From: an uncultured Pseudomonadales bacterium
GTDB lineage: Bacteria; Pseudomonadota; Gammaproteobacteria; Pseudomonadales; Azotimanducaceae
Length of the DNA stretch: 64,000 nucleotides
Assembly (NCBI GenBank): GCA_964598305.1
Contig: CAZRBP010000001.1
Location: forward strand, 22,501-86,500
Direction: 5' to 3'
Shown: positions 7,840-15,616 of the stretch, piece by piece
Layout: every line of letters starts with the position of its first letter
How positions within the stretch are numbered: position 1 is the stretch's first letter
The notes under the pieces: generated by a model
Seen by the model: only the letters and a program-made list of their open reading frames with translations
What the model was told of the DNA's origin: nothing
Databases searched by the model: none
Position numbers and translations under genes: made by a program

Positions 7840-7867
7840 GGTGCTAGCTTACGCCTCGGATAGCATG
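7584..7867. repeat. Direct repeat copy 2 (~285 bp) covering the acidic small ORF plus upstream leader
   Basis: It aligns with 2126..2417. The leader CTATCCGA(A/G)GCGTAAG(T/C)TA upstream of the ATG is conserved in both copies. Confidence 0.85.
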
Positions 7868-8030
7868 CATTCTAGGCACCTCCCTTCGCCGCCCATGGCC
7901 GTTGCTCTCCCAGTGGGTGAATTGGAGCCAAGTCCCCATCGGCAACGGCACGGCCTTGAACGCCACTGCCGGTAGGCTCCCCCACATCCACACAGCCCGT
8001 AGTTGTCCCCTCACTCGGGTTGGGCATACC

Positions 8031-8657
8031 ATGCGCCCGTATAAAGGCAGAGCCAACCTAACCATGCGCCATGCTGCCAAATCGGACTTCGTGCCGGTCA
8101 GGATAGGCCCCACCAGCGCGCGGCAGTACATAACCGGGCTGCAAGCGCTGAACCTCATCGACCCGGAATTCGAGTCGAGCGGAGATTGGCACATGCAGGG
8201 CAGTTGGTTCGTGCCCGCCGAAGGCGTCCATCCCAGGGCCTACGAGGCGCTGCTGGCGAACAAGGCCAGGTTTGGATACGTGCTCGCCACGCCGGTGGAA
8301 CTGCTCGGCGAGGATCGGCTATTCGACGCCCGCCCCTCGCTGCAGCGCCTAGGCCATCCCGAGGGCGATTCAACCGAGCCCGTATGGGCAGCCCACCACG
8401 ACCGGGCCATTGTCGATGGCGCCTGGAAGTGGCTTCATCCCAACCCGTCCCTCTTTCCCGGCCCCTACTACGGCCCGGCGGTGGCCAACTGGCTTTGGAC
8501 GAATGCCCAATTCGCGCATCTGCACCGGCTCGCCCGCAAGGTTGAGAGCACCCTGTCCGGGAACAGACAGAAATTGTGGGCCACATGGATGCGCGACCTG
8601 ACGCCGGACGCCGAATGGGAAAGAGGCACCTACCTTAAAGGCACACGTGATCACTGA
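8031..8657 (+). CDS. Hypothetical protein (208 aa from ATG 8031; alternative ATG 8064)
   Basis: The ORF track gives 7902..8657. Third-codon positions are strongly G/C-biased, consistent with coding. It is divergent from the minus-strand block. I recognise no motif. Confidence 0.5.
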   Translation: MRPYKGRANLTMRHAAKSDFVPVRIGPTSARQYITGLQALNLIDPEFESSGDWHMQGSWFVPAEGVHPRAYEALLANKARFGYVLATPVELLGEDRLFDARPSLQRLGHPEGDSTEPVWAAHHDRAIVDGAWKWLHPNPSLFPGPYYGPAVANWLWTNAQFAHLHRLARKVESTLSGNRQKLWATWMRDLTPDAEWERGTYLKGTRDH

Positions 8658-9000
8658 AGGCACCGCCGGGAAGGCGAGTTCCACGCCGCTGCTCGATCAC
8701 TGATTCGGTTAGGTCTCCCTCAGCGCCAATGTCCCCTACGACAACAGCCTCAAGCCGACCGCAGTACCGCATGCGCACAACAGCGTCGGCCAAGACCGCA
8801 GACATTGCCCGGCCCGCTGTGAGACATTGGCCTGTCCGCAGCCGCAAAAAGGAGCGGGCCGACTTGGACATCCCGACATCAAAATCTGGAAAGCGCAGTG
8901 CAATCAAAGGCTTGAATTCATCCTAAGCCCATCTCAAGTTACTCGGAAAAAAGCGTCATCGCCTACATCTTTGTTAGCGCCCCCCTGCCAACATGGGGGC

Positions 9001-10038
9001 ATGCCACACGACGCACTCAGCAAGACCCTGTTCGCCCTGCCGCTGGTGGTGGCCGACCTCCTGCGCCTCATCGCCCGCGCCTGGGTCCACCTGCTCGACC
9101 TCGGCTCCCTCAGGCGCATGAGCGCCGAGCACCCGTCGGCCGACCTCTCCCAGCGCGTCGGCGACCTCGCCTGGCGGGCCTGCTTCCGGGCCGGGGAGTT
9201 GGCTGACGGGTCGCGCCCTTGGCTGTTGCAGCCAATAGAGTGCCAATCCACGCACGACTCGGGGATGGGGGGACGGCAGGCAGAGTACCTCGGTCGCCAT
9301 CTTCAGGCGCTGGAGAGTGACGGAACTCTGGCGAAGGAGGGCGAGGAGCCTCGGGTGCTGTCCGTGGTGGTTTACGACGGGGAGCGGCGGTGGCCCAGGC
9401 TGGCCGCCCCAGCAGGCATGCCCTCCCTCCTGCAGCCCGGCGGCTACGTGGTGCTTGACGCGGGCGCCGGGGAGTTGGAGGATTGGCCTCGTGGCAACCG
9501 GGTGTCTTCGTGGGTGCGGCTTCTGAGGGCGCGCAGCCCCGAGGAGCTGCTGGGACGCCTTGTAGATGCCATTCGGGAGTTTCCGGAGGCGCCGGACCAG
9601 GCCTTCCGGGAGGCGCTGCACACTTGGGCGCAGGCGCTACTCACGCGGATGGCGCCGGACGCGCATGCGCTGCCACCGCTGTTGGAGTTGGAGAACGGAC
9701 AGGGAGAACGGGACATGACGACGCTGCTTGAAGCGAACCTGAGCAAGTGGAGGGCGGGAGTGGTCCAGGAGGGCATCGCCCAAGGCATGGAACGAGGCAT
9801 GGAACGAGGCATCGAGCGCGGCGAGGCGCGGGCGCGGGCGGACCAGCGGGCGCAGCTGCGGCGCCAAGCGGGCCGCAAGTTTGGCGGCGGGGCGGCGGAG
9901 CGTCTGTCGGCGCTGATCGAGGGCGAATCGGACCCGAAGCGCCTAGCCGAGGTCTTGGACTGGATTATCGACTGCAGCACCGAGGACGAGTTTCTTGCCC
10001 ACGCTGAGCGCTGGGTCAGGCCCGGAGTTTCGCGATAG
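9001..10038 (+). CDS. Rpn-family recombination-promoting nuclease / putative transposase (PD-(D/E)XK, YhgA-like)
   Basis: The start was moved to ATG 9001 (MPHDALSKTLF), matching the family-typical N-terminus HD..fK.lF. The core reads RVGDLAWRACF .. IECQSTHDSGMGGRQAEYL. The C-terminus is a repetitive EGIAQGMERGMERGIERGEARARA tail. Confidence 0.75.
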   Translation: MPHDALSKTLFALPLVVADLLRLIARAWVHLLDLGSLRRMSAEHPSADLSQRVGDLAWRACFRAGELADGSRPWLLQPIECQSTHDSGMGGRQAEYLGRHLQALESDGTLAKEGEEPRVLSVVVYDGERRWPRLAAPAGMPSLLQPGGYVVLDAGAGELEDWPRGNRVSSWVRLLRARSPEELLGRLVDAIREFPEAPDQAFREALHTWAQALLTRMAPDAHALPPLLELENGQGERDMTTLLEANLSKWRAGVVQEGIAQGMERGMERGIERGEARARADQRAQLRRQAGRKFGGGAAERLSALIEGESDPKRLAEVLDWIIDCSTEDEFLAHAERWVRPGVSR

Positions 10039-10285
10039 CGAAACTCCAATGCGCCTTTGGTGCGCCTCGCCAAAGGCCGGTCCCTATGTGGGGCGCACTG
10101 CGTTTTCATGTCTCCTTTGACGCCGAAGACCGCCTCTACGATTGCGCACCGAACTCCTGCACAGGCTTCGGGCGGCATAGTGGGGACATACAAGCGGCAA
10201 TCAATGCCAAACAAGGACACTCCACACAGATCGGTGGCGTCGATCTACCGACAGGCGGAATGGAGCGCGTAAGGAGGAAGATACG

Positions 10286-10516
10286 ATGCGCTACGTATCC
10301 TTCATCCACCGGAGCAAGGCTGGCTATGGCGTCAGCTTCCCCGACATTCCGGGCTGCGTGGCGGTCGGGGACACAGTCGACGACGCGATTCGCCACGGAA
10401 GCGAAGTCTTGGCCTTCCACGTGGAGGGGCTTGCCGAGAATGGCGAGGCGATTCCGGAGCCACGCACAATTGAGGCCATCAAGGCCGAGGATACCAACGG
10501 GGTGACGGCATCCTAG
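10286..10516 (+). CDS. HicB-family antitoxin-like protein (UPF0150), no adjacent HicA
   Basis: MRYVSFIHRSKAGYGVSFPDIPGCVAVGDTVDDAIRHGSEVLAFHVEGLAENGEAIPEP matches the HicB N-terminal pattern. A strong SD (AAGGAGGA) lies upstream. Confidence 0.7.
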   Translation: MRYVSFIHRSKAGYGVSFPDIPGCVAVGDTVDDAIRHGSEVLAFHVEGLAENGEAIPEPRTIEAIKAEDTNGVTAS

Positions 10517-10524
10517 GCGGAAGT

Positions 10525-11823
10525 TCAAGGATTGGTGTGAATGGTGGATCCAGGATGCCGCTCCGGGATTGCGGGCGGGTTCTCCAGTCCCTCGAAAGCC
10601 AGGTCGTTAACGAACACTTGGCGCCATAGCTGCCGGCGCTGGCCTTCATCCATGCCCGCCTCGTTGCACACGTCCTCCCATCCCGACACAACCGCTGAGA
10701 CCTGCCGGTCGATGATGGCGCGGGCATCCTGCGGCGAAAGCTGGAACTTCGGTGCGGCGGCAAGGCAAAGCGAAAGCTGGCTTCGCCGCGCTTGGCCGTG
10801 GATCAGCATTCCCTGGGATGCTTCCCGCCCAACACGGGATTGGGGGCAGATGTCGTACGCGGGGGTGAGGGACAGGGCGCGTCCGTCCCAGAATGCCGCA
10901 TGGTTGCGCGCGTGGTCGTCGGTGTTCCCGCAGAGGATGTTGAAGGTCATGCGCCCGAACAATTCCTTGAGGTTGCGCCGCGGCGACTGGGCGCCTTGGC
11001 GCAGGGCGTCGGCCAGCTCCTCGTAGGACGCGTATTGCGCGAACATCTCATCGAGGTTGAGCAGGGACAAGCCAGAGAGCATGGCGCGGCGCGTCCACCC
11101 TCGGTCGGTTCGTTCGCGGTCGAAGCGTTTGACGAACAGGACATCCTTGCGCATGGCCTTGACCAGCTTGACGTCGGCAACGTCAAGGCCCGCCTTTTGC
11201 GCTAAGCGCATGGCTATGTACTCGGCCTTGATCACGTTGTGTGTGTCGCTGGTGGATGAGAACTTGGCGATGTGCTTGGCGTCCTCATGGGTGATGAGTG
11301 CCTTGGGCCTCGCGCCGCCGACTGAGGCGCTGTGGAGCAGTGCGCGGTCCAGCGCCGGCGGCAGGATGATGCCCTTTTCCACAGACTCAGCCGCATTGAC
11401 AAGCTGCTCAAGGGTGACTCCGGCGTCGTCTCGGGGGACATGGCGTCGCATTGATTGCTGGAAGTCCAAGGCGCCGGGGCGGTCTGACCCTGACTTGAGC
11501 AGGTAGTCTGCCTCCCGCAGGCCCTCATCCGCATTGCCGAGGGAGTGGTTAATGACGCGGCGCCCCCAAGCGTCGGGGGCGCTATCCCGTAGGGCGTTGG
11601 CAAGCAACAGCGGCGGCTCGGGTTCGATGGTTCCGGCGCGAAGGGGAAGCTCGGTGGGGTGAAGGGCTATTGCGTCGGCCCTGGCTAGGTAGTCAGGCGC
11701 GTAGGCAAAGGCCATCGGGCCTCCAGGCTCCTGCTCGACAAGCGTGCCCGCCGCGATGGGGTCGGTTCGGGAAGGTAGCCAAACCCAAACGGCGACTGGT
11801 CTTGGGTCCGCTTTTGTGGCCAT
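10525..11823 (-). CDS. hipA: Type II toxin HipA-family serine/threonine kinase
   Basis: The start was moved to ATG 11823 (MATKADPRPVAVWVW), 10 nt after the hipB-like stop. Motifs present are SVGGARPKAL, KFS..SDTHNV.KAEY and NTDDHARNHA. Confidence 0.85.
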   Translation of the reverse strand: MATKADPRPVAVWVWLPSRTDPIAAGTLVEQEPGGPMAFAYAPDYLARADAIALHPTELPLRAGTIEPEPPLLLANALRDSAPDAWGRRVINHSLGNADEGLREADYLLKSGSDRPGALDFQQSMRRHVPRDDAGVTLEQLVNAAESVEKGIILPPALDRALLHSASVGGARPKALITHEDAKHIAKFSSTSDTHNVIKAEYIAMRLAQKAGLDVADVKLVKAMRKDVLFVKRFDRERTDRGWTRRAMLSGLSLLNLDEMFAQYASYEELADALRQGAQSPRRNLKELFGRMTFNILCGNTDDHARNHAAFWDGRALSLTPAYDICPQSRVGREASQGMLIHGQARRSQLSLCLAAAPKFQLSPQDARAIIDRQVSAVVSGWEDVCNEAGMDEGQRRQLWRQVFVNDLAFEGLENPPAIPERHPGSTIHTNP

Positions 11824-11833
11824 GGGAACCCTC

Positions 11834-12172
11834 TTAGTAGTCGTGGGAAATCTCGGGTGCAGGGCGCCCGCTCCTCTTTGGAAGGAGCGTGAGCATGTCC
11901 TGCGCTTGTTTGAGGTGCACAGCCAAGCGTGGGCTGTCCGGCACGAAGAGCGGAACGCCCACCAGGGTTGCGGCCTCAAGGACGGCGCCGACCGAAACGG
12001 TTGGCGACCCGCCCTCGATCTTCCGAACCGTGCTTCGGCATACGCCCAAACGTTCAGCTAGGTTGGCCTCAGACCACTGGCGCTTCTTGCGGGCAATGCG
12101 AATCTGACTTGCCAGCATGTGCAGGGCGGCTTCCGTCACCGTGGAGTAAGTGCGTAGGTTTGCGGCTGCCAT
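11834..12172 (-). CDS. hipB: HipB-like XRE-family HTH antitoxin/transcriptional regulator
   Basis: A 112-aa protein with an HTH segment (WSEANLAERLGVCRSTVRKIEGG), immediately upstream of hipA. Confidence 0.75.
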   Translation of the reverse strand: MAAANLRTYSTVTEAALHMLASQIRIARKKRQWSEANLAERLGVCRSTVRKIEGGSPTVSVGAVLEAATLVGVPLFVPDSPRLAVHLKQAQDMLTLLPKRSGRPAPEISHDY

Positions 12173-12222
12173 TGTCTTGGCCTTGCTAGATTGGCTTGTT
12201 CAGCAGTCATAGTAAGCTATTT

Positions 12223-12240
12223 TGTTTACTTTAGTAAACA
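12223..12240. promoter_or_regulatory. Perfect palindrome TGTTTAC-TTTA-GTAAACA, candidate HipB operator
   Basis: It has 7-bp perfect arms and lies ~50 nt upstream of the hipB start in an AT-rich stretch. Confidence 0.45.
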
Positions 12241-12394
12241 GATTCGTCGAACGCACTGAACCAACGCGTTCGTCAGAACGGTAGCGCCGCGTTGCCCCGA
12301 GCTATCGGCGACATTTCCCGAATTAGGTACTCCGGCCCGCGGGAGCTACCATGGAGCCATGGATAAAGACAAAGTCGACGGCCCTGAGTGACAC

Positions 12395-13273
12395 ATGAAG
12401 CGGCTCCTGCAAACGACCATCGCCCTAGCGATGCTGGCTCTCCCGCTGGCTCCAGCCACGGCGACCGCGCAGCAAATCTGGTGGGAGCCCGGATTGATCG
12501 AGCACGTGCGGTTCCGGGGCACGCTGCGGGTCGGGGTCGGCATGTTCGAACCCTGGGTGATGTGCGACCGCAGCGGCGATCTGATCGGCTACGAGATCGA
12601 CCTCGCCCGCCAGCTCGCCGAGGACCTTGGCGTACGCATCGAGTTCGTGCGCATGAATTGGCAATACGTCATCCCGGCGCTGGTTGAGGGGCGGTTCGAC
12701 GTCATCATCAGCGGCCTGTCCATCACGCCGGCCCGCAGCCTGCTGGTCAACTTCTCAGTGCCCTACTCCGAATTCGGCACCGCCATCGTCGCCAACATCG
12801 GGCTCACGCCGGGTTTCGCCAGCGTTGAGGACTTCAACCGCGCCGACGTGACCTTTGCCGCCCGTCGCGGCACCACGGCGGAGGCGTTGGTCCTACGGGA
12901 GTTTCCGGAGGCGATGTTGCTGTCCTTCGACACCGACGCCGAGGTGCTGGACGCTGTGACCAGCGGGCAAGCCCATGCGACCGCTGCTGACCAAGTGATG
13001 GCAGCACGGTCGATCCACGAACATCCAAACGTGCTGCATCGTCCGATCGATACGCTGTTTGACCAGCTTCCCCAGGCGATTGCGCTGCGGCGAAGCGATG
13101 GCGATGCGCTGAACTACCTCGACAGTTGGGTCCGCCACTACCGGGTCAACGGCTGGCTTGCGGAACGGTGGCACTACTGGTTCGAGACCCGCGACTGGGA
13201 AGGCCTAGCGGCTTCGGGCTCGTCCCAGCGGGGCTGCGCAGAATCCTTCGTCGAGACGGCTACCGGCCAGTGA
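12395..13273 (+). CDS. ABC-transporter periplasmic substrate-binding protein, family 3 (amino-acid type)
   Basis: A signal peptide (MKRLLQTTIALAMLALPLAPATATA) is followed by an SBP_bac_3-like block (LRVGV..GYEIDLARQLAEDLGV..EFV..W..IPAL..G.FDVIISGLSIT). Confidence 0.75.
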   Translation: MKRLLQTTIALAMLALPLAPATATAQQIWWEPGLIEHVRFRGTLRVGVGMFEPWVMCDRSGDLIGYEIDLARQLAEDLGVRIEFVRMNWQYVIPALVEGRFDVIISGLSITPARSLLVNFSVPYSEFGTAIVANIGLTPGFASVEDFNRADVTFAARRGTTAEALVLREFPEAMLLSFDTDAEVLDAVTSGQAHATAADQVMAARSIHEHPNVLHRPIDTLFDQLPQAIALRRSDGDALNYLDSWVRHYRVNGWLAERWHYWFETRDWEGLAASGSSQRGCAESFVETATGQ

Positions 13274-13393
13274 CTTGGGCGGCGAAGAATAACCGCCCGA
13301 AAACTGGCGATCTGAAAGCAAGGCGGCACAGGTGTGCCACAATACCCGCCATCGCCCGTGCACGCGGGCCATGACCCACCGTTGGGAGCGATT

Positions 13394-13846
13394 ATGAAGA
13401 GAGCCGTCCTCATCGTCGTCGCCGTGCTGGCGGCCGTTTACCTTGCGGCCCTGTTAGTGCCGTACGAGCCGGACGAACGCCGTCCCGGCACCAGCCTCGG
13501 CGGTCCGCTCGCCGCCGAGCAAGGCACCGACTGGTCCTTCCGCCAGCCGGGGCCCATGCAGATATTCCTCGAGACCGCCACCTGGTACGGCGTCCCGCAC
13601 TCGGTGACCACCACCTCATGGATCGTGGACGGCGAACTGTACGTGCCGTGCAACGCCTGCGCGACGAAGCGCTGGCCGAAGAATGTGGCCCGGAACCCGG
13701 ACGTGCGGCTCAAGGTCGGCGATGAAATCTACGAGCGGCGGGCAGTACGGATCGAGGACGATGCCGAGCGGCGGCGGCTGTTCGCGGCGCTCACCGACCG
13801 GCCGCCGCCGCCGGGACGGTGGGTGTTCCGGATGGAGGCGCGGTGA
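13394..13846 (+). CDS. Membrane-anchored DUF385/deazaflavin-dependent nitroreductase-like protein
   Basis: The start was moved to ATG 13394 (MKRAVLIVVAVLAAV, SD GGGAG). The block RWPKNVARNPDVRLKVGDEIYERRAVRIEDDAERRRLFAAL resembles that family. Confidence 0.5.
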   Translation: MKRAVLIVVAVLAAVYLAALLVPYEPDERRPGTSLGGPLAAEQGTDWSFRQPGPMQIFLETATWYGVPHSVTTTSWIVDGELYVPCNACATKRWPKNVARNPDVRLKVGDEIYERRAVRIEDDAERRRLFAALTDRPPPPGRWVFRMEAR

Positions 13847-14408
13847 CATCGCTCTCGAACCGATGCACTTGGGTGAATTGATGCTGTTGGCCGCCGGTCC
13901 AGTGGCAGGGTTCCCTCCACGAGCGCTTGGAAGGCTGGGTTGGCCTACTCGGTCTCCGCCGCGTAACGGCAACCTGAGCTTGGTGGGGATTTCGACGCCG
14001 TGCCGCTGAACGACGTCAGCCGGCAGGCCCCTTGCAAACCGCAGGTGGACCGCCGTGGGTGATGAGTCCTGTCATTGGTTGGATGGCGCACCAGGAGTGG
14101 TTCACATTGTAGTGGGGGCTTGAGTTATTCAAACTTATCCATGGTTGAATAGTTAATTCATCGGCGTCCAAAATTGGCCAATGAGAGATGATCCTTGGCA
14201 TTACGAGCGACCTGAATAAACGAAGAGCATTCTCACCCTACTGAACGATGGGCTCGCGCATGCGCTTACCCTGTTCGGGCCTCGCGGCTCTTCAATCGAC
14301 CCCCCGCCGAACCTGCTGCTCTATCTGGATGATTTGATTGGCCGGGCCTCACGCAGGACCCGCAACACCATTCTGCTGTTCGAAGCCAGGAAACGGCTTG
14401 ACGGCCGC

Positions 14409-14888
14409 TCAGTGGGATTCGGCCACGGCGCAGGTGCCGCACACCCCCTTGATCTCGACGACAGCGTCATCCGCCCGGAATCCGTGTTTGTCGGCGATCT
14501 CCGACAGCAATGCCCCAACCCCCGTCGACTCGACTTCGTCCACATGGCCGCAGGAGGAGCACAGCAGGAACTGGCTTTCGTGGGGACGGTCGGGATGGTC
14601 GCACGGCAAATAGGCCTGGGCGGATTGCAGCCGGTGCACGAGGCCGTTGCGCATGAGGAAATCGAGATGCCGGTAAACGCTCAGTGGCGCGATCTTGCGC
14701 CCCTGGCGCTGCTCCAGCAGCGCGATGAGTTCGTAGGCGGAAAGTGACCGGTCGCCGCTGGCCAGCATTTCCGCATAGACCGCCAATCGGGCCGGGGTCA
14801 GCCGCTCTCCCCGCTCCGCGCAGCGGGTTTCGGCGAGCTTTCGCCACTTTGCCGCAAGTGGTGCCGATTTCGCCGATTGTTTACCCAT
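14409..14888 (-). CDS. Fur-family metalloregulator, Zur-like
   Basis: The start was moved to ATG 14888 (SD AAGGAG). A winged-helix segment is present (AYELIALLEQRQGRKIAPLSVYRHLDFLMRNGLVHRL). Two CxxC pairs are present (CSSCGH, CGTCAV). Confidence 0.75.
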   Translation of the reverse strand: MGKQSAKSAPLAAKWRKLAETRCAERGERLTPARLAVYAEMLASGDRSLSAYELIALLEQRQGRKIAPLSVYRHLDFLMRNGLVHRLQSAQAYLPCDHPDRPHESQFLLCSSCGHVDEVESTGVGALLSEIADKHGFRADDAVVEIKGVCGTCAVAESH

Positions 14889-14933
14889 TTGAGACTCCTT
14901 GCGAAGCCCACGGTTCAGAGCCGACGTTAGCAA

Positions 14934-15380
14934 TCAACGCTCATCGGCTTCAACCAGGACGCTGCGGAGACTACGTTTACCACGTTGCTGCGACCAATGC
15001 CAAAGGTGGGCTAAGCACAGCAGCACCCCACCGGTCACGGTGATCGGCTCCTCGTACGCGGACACCGCCTCGACGAACGCCGCCAGCAGCAACAGGCTGA
15101 GGCCGATCAACGCCGCACCAACGAAGGGCCGGTTGCCCTCCACGGACAGTGACTTCCAGACCACCCGGAGACTCACGGGAACCGCGGCGGCGGCTAGGAT
15201 GCGATGCAGCACCTCGCTTTCGGCGGCTAGGGCGGCCAACGGCATCAGCGTAACGAGCAGGGGCAGAGCGAGACAATGGAGCAGGCACAGCGTTGAGAGC
15301 CCCGCCGCGTACAGGTCAAGACGGGCATTCGTGGGCTGCGCCGAGCTAAGTGGGCTTTGGGATCGATTCATGGCACTCAT
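14934..15380 (-). CDS. MerC-domain membrane protein (metal transport-like), first gene of the operon with the Fur-family regulator
   Basis: There are four hydrophobic segments and an LCLLHCLALPLL motif typical of MerC-like proteins. It ends 45 nt upstream of the Zur-like gene. Confidence 0.6.
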   Translation of the reverse strand: MSAMNRSQSPLSSAQPTNARLDLYAAGLSTLCLLHCLALPLLVTLMPLAALAAESEVLHRILAAAAVPVSLRVVWKSLSVEGNRPFVGAALIGLSLLLLAAFVEAVSAYEEPITVTGGVLLCLAHLWHWSQQRGKRSLRSVLVEADER

Positions 15381-15385
15381 TCATT

Positions 15386-15398
15386 GATATGTTATAAC
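15386..15398. promoter_or_regulatory. Possible Zur/Fur-type box GATATGTTATAAC (palindromic core GTTATAAC)
   Basis: It sits directly upstream of the MerC-like/Zur-like operon start. The ATGTTATAAC core resembles the centre of Zur boxes as I recall them. The right arm is degenerate. Confidence 0.35.
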
Positions 15399-15420
15399 GC
15401 GCTTGCCCTCCCCTCAACGC

Positions 15421-15474
15421 TCCGTTCACAAGCTTCCGTTCACAAGCTCCGTTCACAAGCCTCCGTTCACAAGC
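15421..15474. repeat. Four tandem copies of TCCGTTCACAAGC (period 13-14 bp)
   Basis: The four 13-mers are exact, at 15421, 15435, 15448 and 15462. They lie in the divergent intergenic region between the MerC-like gene and the SDR gene. Confidence 0.9.
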
Positions 15475-15616
15475 CCTGAATCGTGGGCGTGTTTGGTGTC
15501 CGTCGCTGCTCTTCCACTAGCATCGCCTCGCGCCCGCTCGGTCAACGGCAGGTTCGGCAATCCAGTGTGACAGGCCCTACGTATAATCGGCTTTTTTTCG
15601 AGGTGGGAACATTGGC

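Noticed and set aside
8635-8907. A 90-aa minus-strand ORF and the long N-terminal extension of the Rpn ORF (8827-9000).
   Set aside because: The Rpn family N-terminus (MPHDALSK..) begins at 9001. The extension and the antisense ORF have no motifs or SD. Comparable N-terminal extensions were trimmed for the ORFs at 20090, 23016, 24287, 33012, 43300, 47400, 50112(-), 22520(-) and 62883(-).
10039-10285. I looked for a HicA toxin gene next to the HicB-like ORF.
   Set aside because: None of the frames on either side resembles the ~60-aa HicA pattern (dsRBD-like, ..GSH..). The listed ORFs 10057..10272 and 10086..10505 have implausible composition.
14016-14201. A 61-aa minus-strand ORF in the 560-nt AT-richer gap between the DUF385-like gene and the Zur-like gene. 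WISLNNSSPHYNVNHS faintly recalls the W..YN..RPH end of DDE integrase cores.
   Set aside because: The resemblance needs an indel and several substitutions. There is no further transposase-like sequence in any frame of 13.85-14.4 kb. This is not enough to call an IS remnant. The gap remains unexplained.
15582-15587. A perfect TATAAT hexamer 30 nt upstream of the SDR gene start.
   Set aside because: There is no acceptable -35 element at 16-18 bp spacing. The nearest is TGTGACA with only a 9-bp spacer. I did not annotate it as a promoter.
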